A stretch of 64,000 bases of DNA from a virus. The position numbers and the translations under genes were made by a program. Of the stretch, positions 9,561 to 19,476 are shown piece by piece (the stretch's first letter is position 1; every line of letters starts with the position of its first letter). The notes beneath the pieces were generated by a model. The model was not told where the DNA came from, searched no databases, and was given only the letters and a program-made list of their open reading frames with translations. The DNA lies in IMG/VR virus record IMGVR_UViG_2545824693_000007, positions 925 through 64,924 of that record; one strand, given 5' to 3'.

Positions 9561-9926
9561 TCACTTAATTTCATTCAACTCACCTTTCAATATGAAAAAC
9601 TCATGATCCAATTCTTTCAATCTTTTATTTATTATGTATGCTTTACCGTTTTTCATTTCAAATAGATCAGAGTACTTCCCTGGATTAGTTCTAATAATCT
9701 TAAAAGCTATTGTTGCACTTACCCATTCCTTATTTTCAATTTGCTGAAGAACTTTGCTCATTTCAAACAATAAATCAAGCTGCTCTTTATCTTGTTCAGT
9801 TTCCAGTTTTAATATGTCACGCTCCTTTTCAAGTATCTTCCCTCGAAGAACCTGGCTCTCCTTTTCCAATTGAGCTTGCTTTGTTTCTAAATCGTCATTG
9901 TGTAAATCATTCACTTCAGAATTCAA
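9561..9926 (-). CDS. Hypothetical coiled-coil protein (yosX-like)
   Basis: ORF with GGGGGTG RBS; position. Confidence 0.55.
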   Translation of the reverse strand: MNSEVNDLHNDDLETKQAQLEKESQVLRGKILEKERDILKLETEQDKEQLDLLFEMSKVLQQIENKEWVSATIAFKIIRTNPGKYSDLFEMKNGKAYIINKRLKELDHEFFILKGELNEIK

Positions 9927-10114
9927 TTGATCACCCCCTTGAATCAAAATAAAATATTAGTTTCATTCAGTTTTTACTTTTAATTTGTTTAAAATGGATA
10001 AAAATAATCATCTCCTCGTGAAATACTAGATGGCAAGTCCTCTTATTAATAATCATTATATCCTTTTAATTTGTTTAAGTCTATTATTTTTAAAAATTTT
10101 TTGCCTCATAATTC

Positions 10115-10954
10115 CTATATTGCCACTTCTAATTTGACCTGATCATGAGGATTATACCCATCCAACATAAAATGTTCAGGCTTGAAATCATAAAAATTCT
10201 TTATTGAATCATCCATAATAAGTATAGGTGCAGCTAACGGTTCACGCTTAACAATTTCTTTTGCTTGATCAATATGGCGATCATAAATATGTAAATTGTT
10301 TATGTAATGATGAAACTTTCCTGGCTTATATCCGCACACTTGAGCAATCATATGCTGCAACAAAGCATACTGAGTAACATTTATGTTTCCCGCAACAAGA
10401 TAATCGGATGAACGCTGAATGAGAGTCATGTTTAAATACTCGCCATCAAAGTCCCACATTGTCAGAAAAGCGCATGGATACAGCGTCATTCCATGAAGAT
10501 CTTGATGATTGTACAAATTGGTGATCATTCGTCTGCTATATGGGTTGTTTTTCAGATCCCAAATTAACCTGTCAATCTGATTGAAGTAACCTTCTTTGTA
10601 TTGATGTTCATACTTCATTTGTCTTCCATAAGCTAAACCAAGATTTCCATCTTTATTAGCCCAGCTACTCCAATACTTAACTCCGTATTTCTCTTCTAGC
10701 AACTGTACATCGTTAGATTGATCTTGATAAATCCAAAGAATTTCTTTCAGTCCCGATTTAAAAGCTGTTGGCCGTAAAGTAGCAATAGGAAATTCTTTTT
10801 GCAAATCATATTCATTCAACACTCCAAAGCACTTCAACGTATAAGCAGGTGTTTCATCAGACCACTTGGGACGAATTTTTTGTCCTTTATCAGATTTCCC
10901 TTCGGATAATACTTTGTTTAAATTTGATTCTAAAACTGTATCCGCAAAACTCAT
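10115..10954 (-). CDS. thyA: Thymidylate synthase (ThyA/ThyP3 type)
   Basis: EILWIY, PYSRR, LYPCAF, QRSSD, NLHIYDRH motifs; 279 aa. Confidence 0.96.
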   Translation of the reverse strand: MSFADTVLESNLNKVLSEGKSDKGQKIRPKWSDETPAYTLKCFGVLNEYDLQKEFPIATLRPTAFKSGLKEILWIYQDQSNDVQLLEEKYGVKYWSSWANKDGNLGLAYGRQMKYEHQYKEGYFNQIDRLIWDLKNNPYSRRMITNLYNHQDLHGMTLYPCAFLTMWDFDGEYLNMTLIQRSSDYLVAGNINVTQYALLQHMIAQVCGYKPGKFHHYINNLHIYDRHIDQAKEIVKREPLAAPILIMDDSIKNFYDFKPEHFMLDGYNPHDQVKLEVAI

Positions 10955-10966
10955 TAAATCTCTCCC

Positions 10967-12064
10967 TCATAATTGGCTCTTGTTTTTCAAAAATACATCC
11001 CCTATAAGTCCAAGTAAGCAAATAAGCCATAAAATAACTTGAGCAACTGTACTTAGCTCTACATGAAGATAATTGAAATCCTTAAATTGTTTTCTTTCAA
11101 ATTTCTCATCAACCAGTTTCCCCACACCTTCGACTACCGTTGTAAAATCAGTGATTTTCTTTTGATTTGCTATGTAATCTTTAACCTCTAAGTTAAGCTC
11201 ATCCACTTCCGACCAAGTGAACGGATACACCCAATTAACAGTACCATCCTTCTTCATGCTTAAAGTAATTATGTAATCATTCTTATGTCCATTCTGCCAC
11301 TTATCTTGTAGAGCAAATCCATAATTTATGTCTGATACATCCCCCAGATTAACAAATACAATATTCACTTGTTTTCTGGAGATCTTTTGGCCTTTATGTT
11401 TTGGATCAGGAATTTGCTCATTTAAATATGTATTGACTTCTGAAAGCTTGTGACTAGCTTCTTCTTTGTTTGGAACGGTTCCAACAATTCTGTTTATGTC
11501 TAAGTTTTTATCAACTTTATTAGGATACGAAGGCAAATTCGGATAATCATCTAAATCAATATTTTTATGTTTGAATAAAGAATAGCTTGCTTTAACCTTA
11601 TTGGTATAATAGTGAACTGAAGCAGTTGGAGCTCCAGGTTTCCAATATTGTTTGAGTTCCTCAGTTGTATTTGGATATCTGTCATCCATTACTTTACCAT
11701 TAGGCAATCTATTCACTGATACCCATCCATCATCTGTAGTTTTGATCTTATTTTCAGCATCATGGTGTTTCCAGTGACCAGGAGTTGTGGTGCATGATTG
11801 ACCATGCTTTGTCTTATGGCAAGTAGTATGAGGAGGAATCCATTCATCCCATTCTTCTTTATGCTGCCAATCCACAACTTTACCAGACCAAATTTCTTCA
11901 TCTGTTGTCTGAGCCATAAAGTCTATTGCATAAGTGGCGACAAAAAGTAAACAGACAACTCCCAAAACAATTACGCTCGTTCTGATTTTTGTCCACTTAT
12001 AATAGACCTCTATTCCCACAAGACCAAATAGAAAGAGGGACAGGGGAATAATCCACCCTGCCAT
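10967..12064 (-). CDS. Membrane protein with a large extracellular domain (TPM-like)
   Basis: Two N-terminal and one C-terminal hydrophobic helices; follows the LemA-like gene by 1 nt. Confidence 0.7.
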   Translation of the reverse strand: MAGWIIPLSLFLFGLVGIEVYYKWTKIRTSVIVLGVVCLLFVATYAIDFMAQTTDEEIWSGKVVDWQHKEEWDEWIPPHTTCHKTKHGQSCTTTPGHWKHHDAENKIKTTDDGWVSVNRLPNGKVMDDRYPNTTEELKQYWKPGAPTASVHYYTNKVKASYSLFKHKNIDLDDYPNLPSYPNKVDKNLDINRIVGTVPNKEEASHKLSEVNTYLNEQIPDPKHKGQKISRKQVNIVFVNLGDVSDINYGFALQDKWQNGHKNDYIITLSMKKDGTVNWVYPFTWSEVDELNLEVKDYIANQKKITDFTTVVEGVGKLVDEKFERKQFKDFNYLHVELSTVAQVILWLICLLGLIGDVFLKNKSQL

Positions 12065-12065
12065 T

Positions 12066-12623
12066 TTATTTATCCCCTTTTAAATCAATGGTATTTGCTT
12101 TTCCAGAGTCGAATGCTTTTTGGGTATTATCAGAAGTCACAATATATTTGTCAGTGTCTAAAGGCTTTCTCCCTGTCAGCATTGCCATAAGGATTCCTCT
12201 GTGTTGGACTAATCGATTATATTCTGCGATCATGTCAGTAATTTTCTTTTGATTTCGATCAAATTCAGTTCGACCAGCAGAAATTTCATTTTGAAGTTTA
12301 GTATATACTTCTCCATTTAAGTTTGGGTTTTGCTCTTGAACTGCTTTAAATAAGAGTTTGCTATCTTCATATCTACCAGAGATCAAATCGGCATAAACAT
12401 CTTTAAATTGTTCAGCTTGTAAATCGGTTACTTGAGTCATTTCCTTAAACTTTTTCCACATAGCATCATAATTGCTTTCGTTTGACTTCAACTGAGCCTC
12501 AATTTGTGTTTCAAGACTAACAGCTTCTCCTCTTTGATTCCAAATGACTACAGCGGCAATCACAATAATTAGAATAAAAACACCTAAAACTCCTAAGCAT
12601 CCTAAAACAAATTTATTTTTCAT
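12066..12623 (-). CDS. LemA-like membrane-anchored helical protein
   Basis: N-terminal TM followed by a helical bundle: LQNEISAGRTEF...IAEYNRLVQ. Confidence 0.6.
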   Translation of the reverse strand: MKNKFVLGCLGVLGVFILIIVIAAVVIWNQRGEAVSLETQIEAQLKSNESNYDAMWKKFKEMTQVTDLQAEQFKDVYADLISGRYEDSKLLFKAVQEQNPNLNGEVYTKLQNEISAGRTEFDRNQKKITDMIAEYNRLVQHRGILMAMLTGRKPLDTDKYIVTSDNTQKAFDSGKANTIDLKGDK

Positions 12624-12921
12624 ATGTATTATCTCCTTTTAATTCATCTTTAAGTTCCTCAATTTGTTCTTTAACTGCCTCATTAACCATCTTTGGTATT
12701 TTTTCAATTCTCTTTTTAATTGATGAAGAACCTGTTTCCCTAATTCGATCAGTTAATTCAAGACAAACAGCCAAAGATAAGTCGCTAATTTCATCAAACT
12801 CCCCCTGGATTTTATGAAGCACGTCAAGGTACAGCTCATCTGATTCTTCAAAAACAGGCAATGTTTGTTCCAATTTCTCGATCTTTTCTAAATGCTGCTT
12901 TATTTCCATCACTTTATCCAT
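12613..12921 (-). CDS. Hypothetical protein
   Basis: 102-aa ORF overlapping its neighbours. Confidence 0.55.
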   Translation of the reverse strand: MDKVMEIKQHLEKIEKLEQTLPVFEESDELYLDVLHKIQGEFDEISDLSLAVCLELTDRIRETGSSSIKKRIEKIPKMVNEAVKEQIEELKDELKGDNTYEK

Positions 12922-13102
12922 TGTTCCTCAGCTCCATAAGCGCGTCTTTGATTTCTTCTTTGGCTACTTTTTTCTCAAGAACCCTTCGGTGTCTTTTAAT
13001 TAATTTCTTTTCAAATTTTTTTGCTCTCCCTTCTGTGAGTTCGGCTAACGTCCAACAATTCACGGCGTTTATTGACCTTACTTTGGAACCTCTTGCCTGC
13101 AC
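12914..13102 (-). CDS. Hypothetical basic protein
   Basis: 62-aa ORF with GGAG RBS. Confidence 0.45.
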   Translation of the reverse strand: MQARGSKVRSINAVNCWTLAELTEGRAKKFEKKLIKRHRRVLEKKVAKEEIKDALMELRNNG

Positions 13103-13419
13103 ATTAACATCTCCTCAATAATTGCGATAAAAGTCTTCTTTTATTTAAACTTTAAACCTATATAAATCCCCTTTTCGATCAAGGTGATAATTGCCTTTCG
13201 GATAGGTTAAATATCCGTCAGAATTCAGCTTTTCAACCAGATTAAACATAAACGTTCCATATTTTGTTTTGCCTTTCTTCCACATCTTTTTTCTCAACAG
13301 TTTTTTCATTAAAATCTCCCTTGAATTAAATGAGTTATAACTGAATATATTATAAAGTGGCCTTGGCTGCACTCCACATCAGCATGCTTTACATCATGAA
13401 GACAGCCAAGGTTCTTTAT

Positions 13420-13854
13420 TTACCTAGTGCCAGTTGATCCATGTCCTCCGCGGTTTTCGTTGCCTAAATGATCGACCTCGACCAATTCAACTGCAGGCAT
13501 CTTCTTCATAATTCTGAATTGGCAAATTCGATCTCCCTTTTTAATTTCAGTATCTCGCAACGCATAAGCCGGGAAAAACCAAAAATCATCGTCCCCTTTG
13601 TATGACTCATCAATCACGCCCATTGAATTGGTCTGAATGATACCGAAATTTTTATATGTACTTGAACGAGGAACGACATGAGCTTCATACCCTTCAGGCA
13701 ATTCCATTGCCACTCCGAGAGGAATCAATTTAAACTCATCCTTTAGAATGGAGACATCCTCCGCAGCTCTCAGATCAATCCAATCTCCCTGTTCGATTTT
13801 TGAAATGCGCGATTGTGTTTCGTCTGCATATTTGATTTTGATTTGTAGTGTCAT
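13420..13854 (-). CDS. yosS: dUTPase, YosS/YncF type
   Basis: [32 protein letters not shown]. Confidence 0.95.
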   Translation of the reverse strand: MTLQIKIKYADETQSRISKIEQGDWIDLRAAEDVSILKDEFKLIPLGVAMELPEGYEAHVVPRSSTYKNFGIIQTNSMGVIDESYKGDDDFWFFPAYALRDTEIKKGDRICQFRIMKKMPAVELVEVDHLGNENRGGHGSTGTR

Positions 13855-13893
13855 TTTTCAAACTCCTTTTGATTTATTAATAAATTTTAGCCG

Positions 13894-14328
13894 TTATAAT
13901 ACTTTTGATAACCATTTAGCGGCTTCTAAAATTGCATCCTTATCGTAGTTATCAAAAATAAAGCCCTCTAATGAAACTCCGCTTGAATATTCACCGCCTC
14001 CGTAGTATTCATCTTCAGTTTGAACCCATAAACTAATACCATTTTCAAGTTCAATTACCCAATCACACGTTTCTTCAGCAAATGGCATATGTATGTCATA
14101 AGGTTTTTCATCAAAAACGCAGTTTAAATCACTTATAGCATTCTCTGCGTCATCGTAATCTCTTATATTGAAATTTGAATTAGACATTTTTGAAATCTCT
14201 TTTCTTAATTCAAACTCTCCTTCAAACTCAGGATCTCCTGAATGCCTTATTGGATATCTTAATAACTTACCCTCTTTAGCTTTTTTATTTATATAAACCC
14301 AATTATTTTTGGTAAGCTTAGATTTCAT
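13894..14328 (-). CDS. Hypothetical protein
   Basis: 144-aa ORF with RBS. Confidence 0.6.
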   Translation of the reverse strand: MKSKLTKNNWVYINKKAKEGKLLRYPIRHSGDPEFEGEFELRKEISKMSNSNFNIRDYDDAENAISDLNCVFDEKPYDIHMPFAEETCDWVIELENGISLWVQTEDEYYGGGEYSSGVSLEGFIFDNYDKDAILEAAKWLSKVL

Positions 14329-14346
14329 CTATTTTCTCCTCTCCTT

Positions 14347-14646
14347 TTAATTTAATAATTCTTCAATTTCTTTAACTGAGATGACCCCTTCCGTGGCCAT
14401 TTCTTTAATGTCATCTAATAAAAGATCTTTACGTATGTATTTTGCATTTATTTCATCGATGATAAATTGAGAATCCGTCAGTGGTTTTGAATATTGTGTA
14501 AAGAAAGAATAAACTTGAGACGCATTTTTTAAAAGGTTTTTATAATCGTATAATTCTTTTTTTACCTGCTCGGTGTTTAAAGTTCCATCGCTATTCTCCA
14601 CAATTCCTTTCCAAAACAATTCATAAATCTCCTCATAATTTTCCAT
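14347..14646 (-). CDS. Hypothetical protein
   Basis: Start MENYEE after GGGGTG. Confidence 0.55.
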   Translation of the reverse strand: MENYEEIYELFWKGIVENSDGTLNTEQVKKELYDYKNLLKNASQVYSFFTQYSKPLTDSQFIIDEINAKYIRKDLLLDDIKEMATEGVISVKEIEELLN

Positions 14647-14693
14647 ACCATCACCCCTTTTAATTCGCATTAAAATTACCATTTTATTTAAAT

Positions 14694-15059
14694 TTAGGTG
14701 TACAGTTTCAATTCCTTAACCCAATCAGGGAGCTCTTCAGGAGTATGAATGCCAAAGTTGACACAAGTTAAGGTGTTAGGCTCAAGCTGTGTATATCCTT
14801 TATCTCGAATCACAAAATAGCCCCCTTCGTGTTCAAGCTCTTCAAGTTTCCGCTGTGGACATTTTAGAATAATTTTCTTTTGTTCAGCCATGTATTCATC
14901 CAAACTTTCATATTCTTTTCTTTCTTGTATCGGTTTGATTATTCGATGATACACATAACTCATGACTGCATGTCCAACTTGACCAGCCAGTTTCCCTTTA
15001 CTGATCTTAATATCTTCGTTGACCAAGATATACATCCGGTAATCTCTCATGTGTATCAC
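14694..15059 (-). CDS. Peptidyl-tRNA hydrolase, Pth2 family
   Basis: ISKGKLAGQVGHA (catalytic Lys motif), QKKIILK, IRDKGYTQLEPNTLT. Confidence 0.85.
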   Translation of the reverse strand: MIHMRDYRMYILVNEDIKISKGKLAGQVGHAVMSYVYHRIIKPIQERKEYESLDEYMAEQKKIILKCPQRKLEELEHEGGYFVIRDKGYTQLEPNTLTCVNFGIHTPEELPDWVKELKLYT

Positions 15060-15122
15060 TCCTTCAAATTTTTAATTAGTTCATCTAATTCATCTAGCTT
15101 AAAACCAATGCTACGTTTCAAT

Positions 15123-15692
15123 TCATTTCCTTCTCCATCGAGCAGGATAGTGACGGGAACTCCCGAAACCGCCCGCACCCCGATCGCTATCGCCCAACTC
15201 GGCCACTTCCGTAAAAACCGCCTGCTCGACCGGCTTAATTACGGCCTGGGCGATGCGATCTCCTTTGCGGATGATGTACGTCTGATACGCAACTTCATCC
15301 TGTTCGACGTAATCACCATACCGACTACAGTACCGTGCATGCTTTGCTGTTTCCGTAGTAGTTCCGTCAATATGTTCGTACTTTAGCGAATTGAACGGTG
15401 TTATTCTCTCTGCGATATTATCGACAATCACTCCGACCTCGCCCCGATAGCCTGCATCCACCGTCCCGAGCTGAACGCGTAAAGGCGTCTTCAACGTAAT
15501 GCCCGAACGCGGTCGGATCTGCATTTCGTATCCTTCCGGAATCTCGAACGCTAGCCCCGTTTTGACTAGCGCGGTTTCTTCCGGCTCGATAATAACGTCT
15601 TCTGCCGCAACAAGGTCGAAGCAGGCGTCGGAGGCGTGGGCATATTTCGGAATCTGTGCATCGGGTGACAAGCGTTTGATATTTACGTTCAT
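15123..15692 (-). CDS. dut: Second trimeric dUTPase, with an internal insertion
   Basis: ACFDLVA, IRPRSG, GTVDAGYRGE, RIAQ, DRGAGGFGSS. Confidence 0.93.
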   Translation of the reverse strand: MNVNIKRLSPDAQIPKYAHASDACFDLVAAEDVIIEPEETALVKTGLAFEIPEGYEMQIRPRSGITLKTPLRVQLGTVDAGYRGEVGVIVDNIAERITPFNSLKYEHIDGTTTETAKHARYCSRYGDYVEQDEVAYQTYIIRKGDRIAQAVIKPVEQAVFTEVAELGDSDRGAGGFGSSRHYPARWRRK

Positions 15693-15746
15693 ACGAAAAC
15701 CTCCTCGTTAATAGTTGCGTATCTACTTTCGATACTGGACGCGTAA

Positions 15747-16499
15747 TTAAGCACTCTTACGCCTCCAATTCGATTCTTTTACCAGTTCGAAAGTCCAGCC
15801 GTTATAGTCCGACCGTTCACCGCGCAGACATTTGTTTATGATAGGGCGGTGCAGTCCGTATTTCTTCGCGAACGGTCGTAGACCTTCGACCTTGAAAACT
15901 TCGCCCTCTGGGGATTTAGCGATAAAGTGGACGCGAGCATTCGTCATATTTCTATTCGCATTGTTGACGGCTTTCGTAACAAAGCAACAAGTCTCTAATG
16001 AATAGACCATTTTGTTTTTTGGTGTATCCTTCTGTTTTAAATCTTTGTCGAGGTAGATACTGCGTTCTTTGAATTTAAATTCGTCATAGCCTTCAATATT
16101 ATTCAAATCTCTTAGGAATGTTTCAAAGCAATGCCAGCGGTCGCAGACTCTAACGCCTGCACCGCCATAATCGGAATATCTATCGCAATTACGGTCATAA
16201 CAACGTTCTAACATTCCGCTCCAGACACTATAAGCGACTTTGTTATCGACCATTTTCGTGTTACCGAGAAATCCAACTCCGAATACAGATCTCTCGAAAC
16301 GATCCTTTACTGTTCCTCGTTTTATCTGAACCTTTTCGGCATCAGTTTCATAACCAGTCGCATCAAATCTTATTTTGTATCTATTCGCTTTTCCTTTTTC
16401 GGTAATTACTTTCTCTATGACGACGAATGACTGTCCTCGCTTGTTCGTAAATCTACGATCAATGAAGTCGTCTTTAATTTTCAAAGATAAAGTCCTCAT
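15747..16499 (-). CDS. HNH-type homing endonuclease, free-standing
   Basis: WSGMLERCY...[18 protein letters not shown]...DKD...[10 protein letters not shown] plus a C-terminal HTH-like segment; overlaps the nrdF 3' end by 26 nt. Confidence 0.8.
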   Translation of the reverse strand: MRTLSLKIKDDFIDRRFTNKRGQSFVVIEKVITEKGKANRYKIRFDATGYETDAEKVQIKRGTVKDRFERSVFGVGFLGNTKMVDNKVAYSVWSGMLERCYDRNCDRYSDYGGAGVRVCDRWHCFETFLRDLNNIEGYDEFKFKERSIYLDKDLKQKDTPKNKMVYSLETCCFVTKAVNNANRNMTNARVHFIAKSPEGEVFKVEGLRPFAKKYGLHRPIINKCLRGERSDYNGWTFELVKESNWRRKSA

Positions 16500-17445
16500 C
16501 TCTTATAGCCTCAACAGTGGCCTTTTTATATCCATTTCCTTGCAACGAAAAGAAGTCATGTGACTTAGTTTTCGTACTCAAACCGTTAAGCACTACCGGA
16601 TTAACTTTCTCGTCGTCGAAGTAAGGATCAAATCCGAGGTTCATTAGCGCTTTGTTTCCGTTATATCTAATAAACTTCTTGACATCGTGAGTCAGTCCGA
16701 CCGGATCATAAATATCTTCGGTGTATGCGATCTCGTTTTCGTAGAGTTCCGCAAGCAATTCGATAGCAAAGTCGCGTAGTTTGAGCTGTACGTCCGGCTC
16801 TTGTCGATTGTAAATTTCCTGCGCGAGTAAGCCGACATAGACGCCGTGGATCGCCTCGTCACGGATAATCAAGTTGATAATCTCGCCACATTGCATCAGT
16901 TTTCCTTGACCGTAGAAATATAACGGATAATAAAAGCCGCTATAGAACAGGAAGCTTTCGAGATAGACAGAAGCGACCATCGCCTTGTAAAGCGAAATGT
17001 CATCGCCTGGTTTAATCGCGTTGTATAGCCCACCAATGACTTCGGCTTTTCGCTGCAAGTAGCGATTCGTCTTTACCCATTCGAACAGTTCCGTAATTTT
17101 CTCCGTCGGCGCAAGCGTCATGAAGATGTTCGAATACGACTTCGCATGGACTGCGTTTTCCATCATCGCCATAAAGTTCAGGACGGCTTTGCGCTGATGA
17201 CCGGATACCTGGGCGGCAATTAACGGCATTCCCGTGTTTCCCTGCTCCGTATCCAGAAGCGTCAGCCCCGCGAGAACTTTCATATACGTATCTTGTTCGT
17301 TGGCTCCGAGATACTTCCACGTTAGAAGGTCGCCATTCAGCGAAATCTCTTCCGGAAGCCAAAACTGCTTAACGTTCTGTTCGTAAAACATCTGTGTGAA
17401 TCCGTCTTCGTGTTGCGACCAGTTGGCCGCTGTATATTGCGTCAA
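16474..17445 (-). CDS. nrdF: Class Ib ribonucleotide reductase beta subunit, uninterrupted
   Basis: [39 protein letters not shown]. Confidence 0.96.
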   Translation of the reverse strand: MTQYTAANWSQHEDGFTQMFYEQNVKQFWLPEEISLNGDLLTWKYLGANEQDTYMKVLAGLTLLDTEQGNTGMPLIAAQVSGHQRKAVLNFMAMMENAVHAKSYSNIFMTLAPTEKITELFEWVKTNRYLQRKAEVIGGLYNAIKPGDDISLYKAMVASVYLESFLFYSGFYYPLYFYGQGKLMQCGEIINLIIRDEAIHGVYVGLLAQEIYNRQEPDVQLKLRDFAIELLAELYENEIAYTEDIYDPVGLTHDVKKFIRYNGNKALMNLGFDPYFDDEKVNPVVLNGLSTKTKSHDFFSLQGNGYKKATVEAIRDEDFIFEN

Positions 17446-17483
17446 TTATTCGTCCTCCTTCTTTTTGTTATTGTTCGGATTTA

Positions 17484-17828
17484 CTAGCTGCGTCTGCTTA
17501 AATATTCGTTCAATATGTCTTCATATTTATCTCGCATGAACTTAAACCTGTCTTGATGCAAGTTCTCGCTCCACCCGGTTAATTCATCAAGCTCCTTCAT
17601 TTGCTGAAATCCTTTTTGGATTTCCTCGTAGTAAAATTCAATGTCTCCCACCGCTCGCCAATGCCTCGCTGTTCTGACTTGTTGCCCTGTTTCGGCTGTT
17701 TTCATAGCTATATTTAAGGCTTTTGTTTTCTTGTTTTGATTAGAGAGTATGTTCGATGCGATTTTCTTCAAAATGAGATCGCAGTAAACCTTAACGAAAT
17801 TAGTTGGTTCGCTCACTATCAATACCAC
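17484..17828 (-). CDS. Hypothetical protein between nrdE and nrdF
   Basis: 114-aa ORF with GGAGGTG RBS. Confidence 0.6.
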   Translation of the reverse strand: MVLIVSEPTNFVKVYCDLILKKIASNILSNQNKKTKALNIAMKTAETGQQVRTARHWRAVGDIEFYYEEIQKGFQQMKELDELTGWSENLHQDRFKFMRDKYEDILNEYLSRRS

Positions 17829-17847
17829 CTCCTATCAATCTGATAAT

Positions 17848-19227
17848 TTAAACCACGCATGACAGGCAACCTTCCTGCCCCGTATCTTTAGTCCGCGCAT
17901 AATACAGCGTCTTGATCCCTTTGTGATGGGCATAAAGATCGATCCGGTTCAGATCGCGTGTCGTCATGGTATCTTTCAGGAACAATGTAAATGAAATGCC
18001 TTGATCGACATGCTGCTGAATTGTCGCAATCATATCGACGACTTTAAACATATCCATGTCGTACGCTTCCTTGTAGAAGAACCAATTCTTCGCACTTAGC
18101 CCCGGCATCGGATAATACGTCTTGGAGTTTCCGTATGTCCGTTCCTCAATACGCTCCATAATCGGCATGACACCCGCTGTTGAAGATTGAACATATGAGA
18201 TGCTTCCTGTAGGAGCTATTGCTTGTCTATAAGAATGATATAAGCCATACTTCATCACAGCTTGTTTAAGCTGCTTCCAATCTTCAATTGTTGGAATATG
18301 CTGTTGTCCAAACAGTTTTTTTACCTTTTCAAACTTTGGACTAAAGCTTTGTTCTTCGTATTTCTTGAAATACTCACCTGATTTGTATGTAGAGCCTTCA
18401 AACTGGTAATATGTTTCCCCGGTTTCTTTGGCGATTTCCATTGAACGCTCAAGGGAATAATAGTTCATCATCATAAAGAAAGTGTTGGCAAAATCCCTTG
18501 CTTCCTCACTTTCGTAAGCAATACCATTTTGAGCTAAAAACCCATGCAGATTCATTGCGCCGAGTCCAACAGATCTCATAAGCTTATTTGCCTTAGCAAC
18601 TGCTGGAGCATTTGTAATATTGGTTTTATTCGATACATGAGTCAATGCATCAATAGCTAATTTGACTGTATTCTTAATTGACCCATTCTTCATTACGTTG
18701 AAGATATTAATCGAGCCTAGATTACATGAAATGTCCAAGCCAATTTCGTCCTCTTCGCCATAGTCTGTATACGTTGATACTTTGGAGGATTGTAGAACCT
18801 CGCTACAAAGGTTGGAAAATTTAACCATCGAAATATGACTATTAGCGTGGAATCGGTTTACATTGTCGGCAAACATCAGGTAAGGATAACCCGATTCTGA
18901 TCGTAAGATTGCAAGCTTTTCTAATAGTTTACGAGCATTCGCTTTTTTCTTCCTGACATTTGGGTTTTCGACCAGTTCATCATACATTTTTGCAATATTC
19001 ATTTCGTCTAAATGTTGCCCGTATGCCTTATAAACTGAATAAGGATAGAACATATAGAAGTCCTTATCTTCCCTAGCAAGCTCAATAAATTTATCTGGGA
19101 TAACTACACCAATTGATAATGTTTTTGCCCTGACATCCTCATCTGCTGAAATTTTTTTGGTATCAAGGAAGTCATTAATGTCTGGATGAAAAACATTAAG
19201 ATAAGCAGCTCCTGATCCTTGTCTTTG
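17848..19227 (-). CDS. nrdE: Class Ib RNR alpha subunit, exon 2
   Basis: Frame resumes QRQGSGAAYLNVFHPDI at 19227; SNLCSE, CNLGS, APTGSISY, KTLYYART, C-terminal CLSCVV. Confidence 0.95.
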   Translation of the reverse strand, partial: QRQGSGAAYLNVFHPDINDFLDTKKISADEDVRAKTLSIGVVIPDKFIELAREDKDFYMFYPYSVYKAYGQHLDEMNIAKMYDELVENPNVRKKKANARKLLEKLAILRSESGYPYLMFADNVNRFHANSHISMVKFSNLCSEVLQSSKVSTYTDYGEEDEIGLDISCNLGSINIFNVMKNGSIKNTVKLAIDALTHVSNKTNITNAPAVAKANKLMRSVGLGAMNLHGFLAQNGIAYESEEARDFANTFFMMMNYYSLERSMEIAKETGETYYQFEGSTYKSGEYFKKYEEQSFSPKFEKVKKLFGQQHIPTIEDWKQLKQAVMKYGLYHSYRQAIAPTGSISYVQSSTAGVMPIMERIEERTYGNSKTYYPMPGLSAKNWFFYKEAYDMDMFKVVDMIATIQQHVDQGISFTLFLKDTMTTRDLNRIDLYAHHKGIKTLYYARTKDTGQEGCLSCVV

Positions 19228-19476
19228 CAGACTATTCGGACGTGTTCGCTACACACGCCCCGCCTTTCGGCCGCTCCATGTTACCACGAAGATTAGACTA
19301 TATCTTCATCCCATTGGGATGCCTCCAGTTTCGACTACCAATCGCTTGTAGCCTACGGCTTTTGCCTAGTCGTTGAACGTTCCTCGAAAGAGGCTTCGCT
19401 GCTGATTGTCCTATAAGGAGTTCCCAGCAATTAAAGAGGTTTTCGATCGCCATTACTGACGAAAGGGGCCAAATTA
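19228..19476 (-). ncRNA. Group I self-splicing intron (249 nt, no ORF) in nrdE
   Basis: Exon ends GGU, intron ends G. P AATTGCTGGGAA, Q AATCAGCAG, R TTCAACGACTA, S AAGATATAGTCT. Removal gives a 701-aa NrdE. Confidence 0.93.

Noticed and set aside
16474-17445. Group I intron in nrdF
   Set aside because: The ORF is uninterrupted, 323 aa, with a normal C-terminus.
18740-18830. Intein in NrdE
   Set aside because: The sequence reads continuously through KFSNLCSEVLQ and the spliced length is a normal 701 aa.
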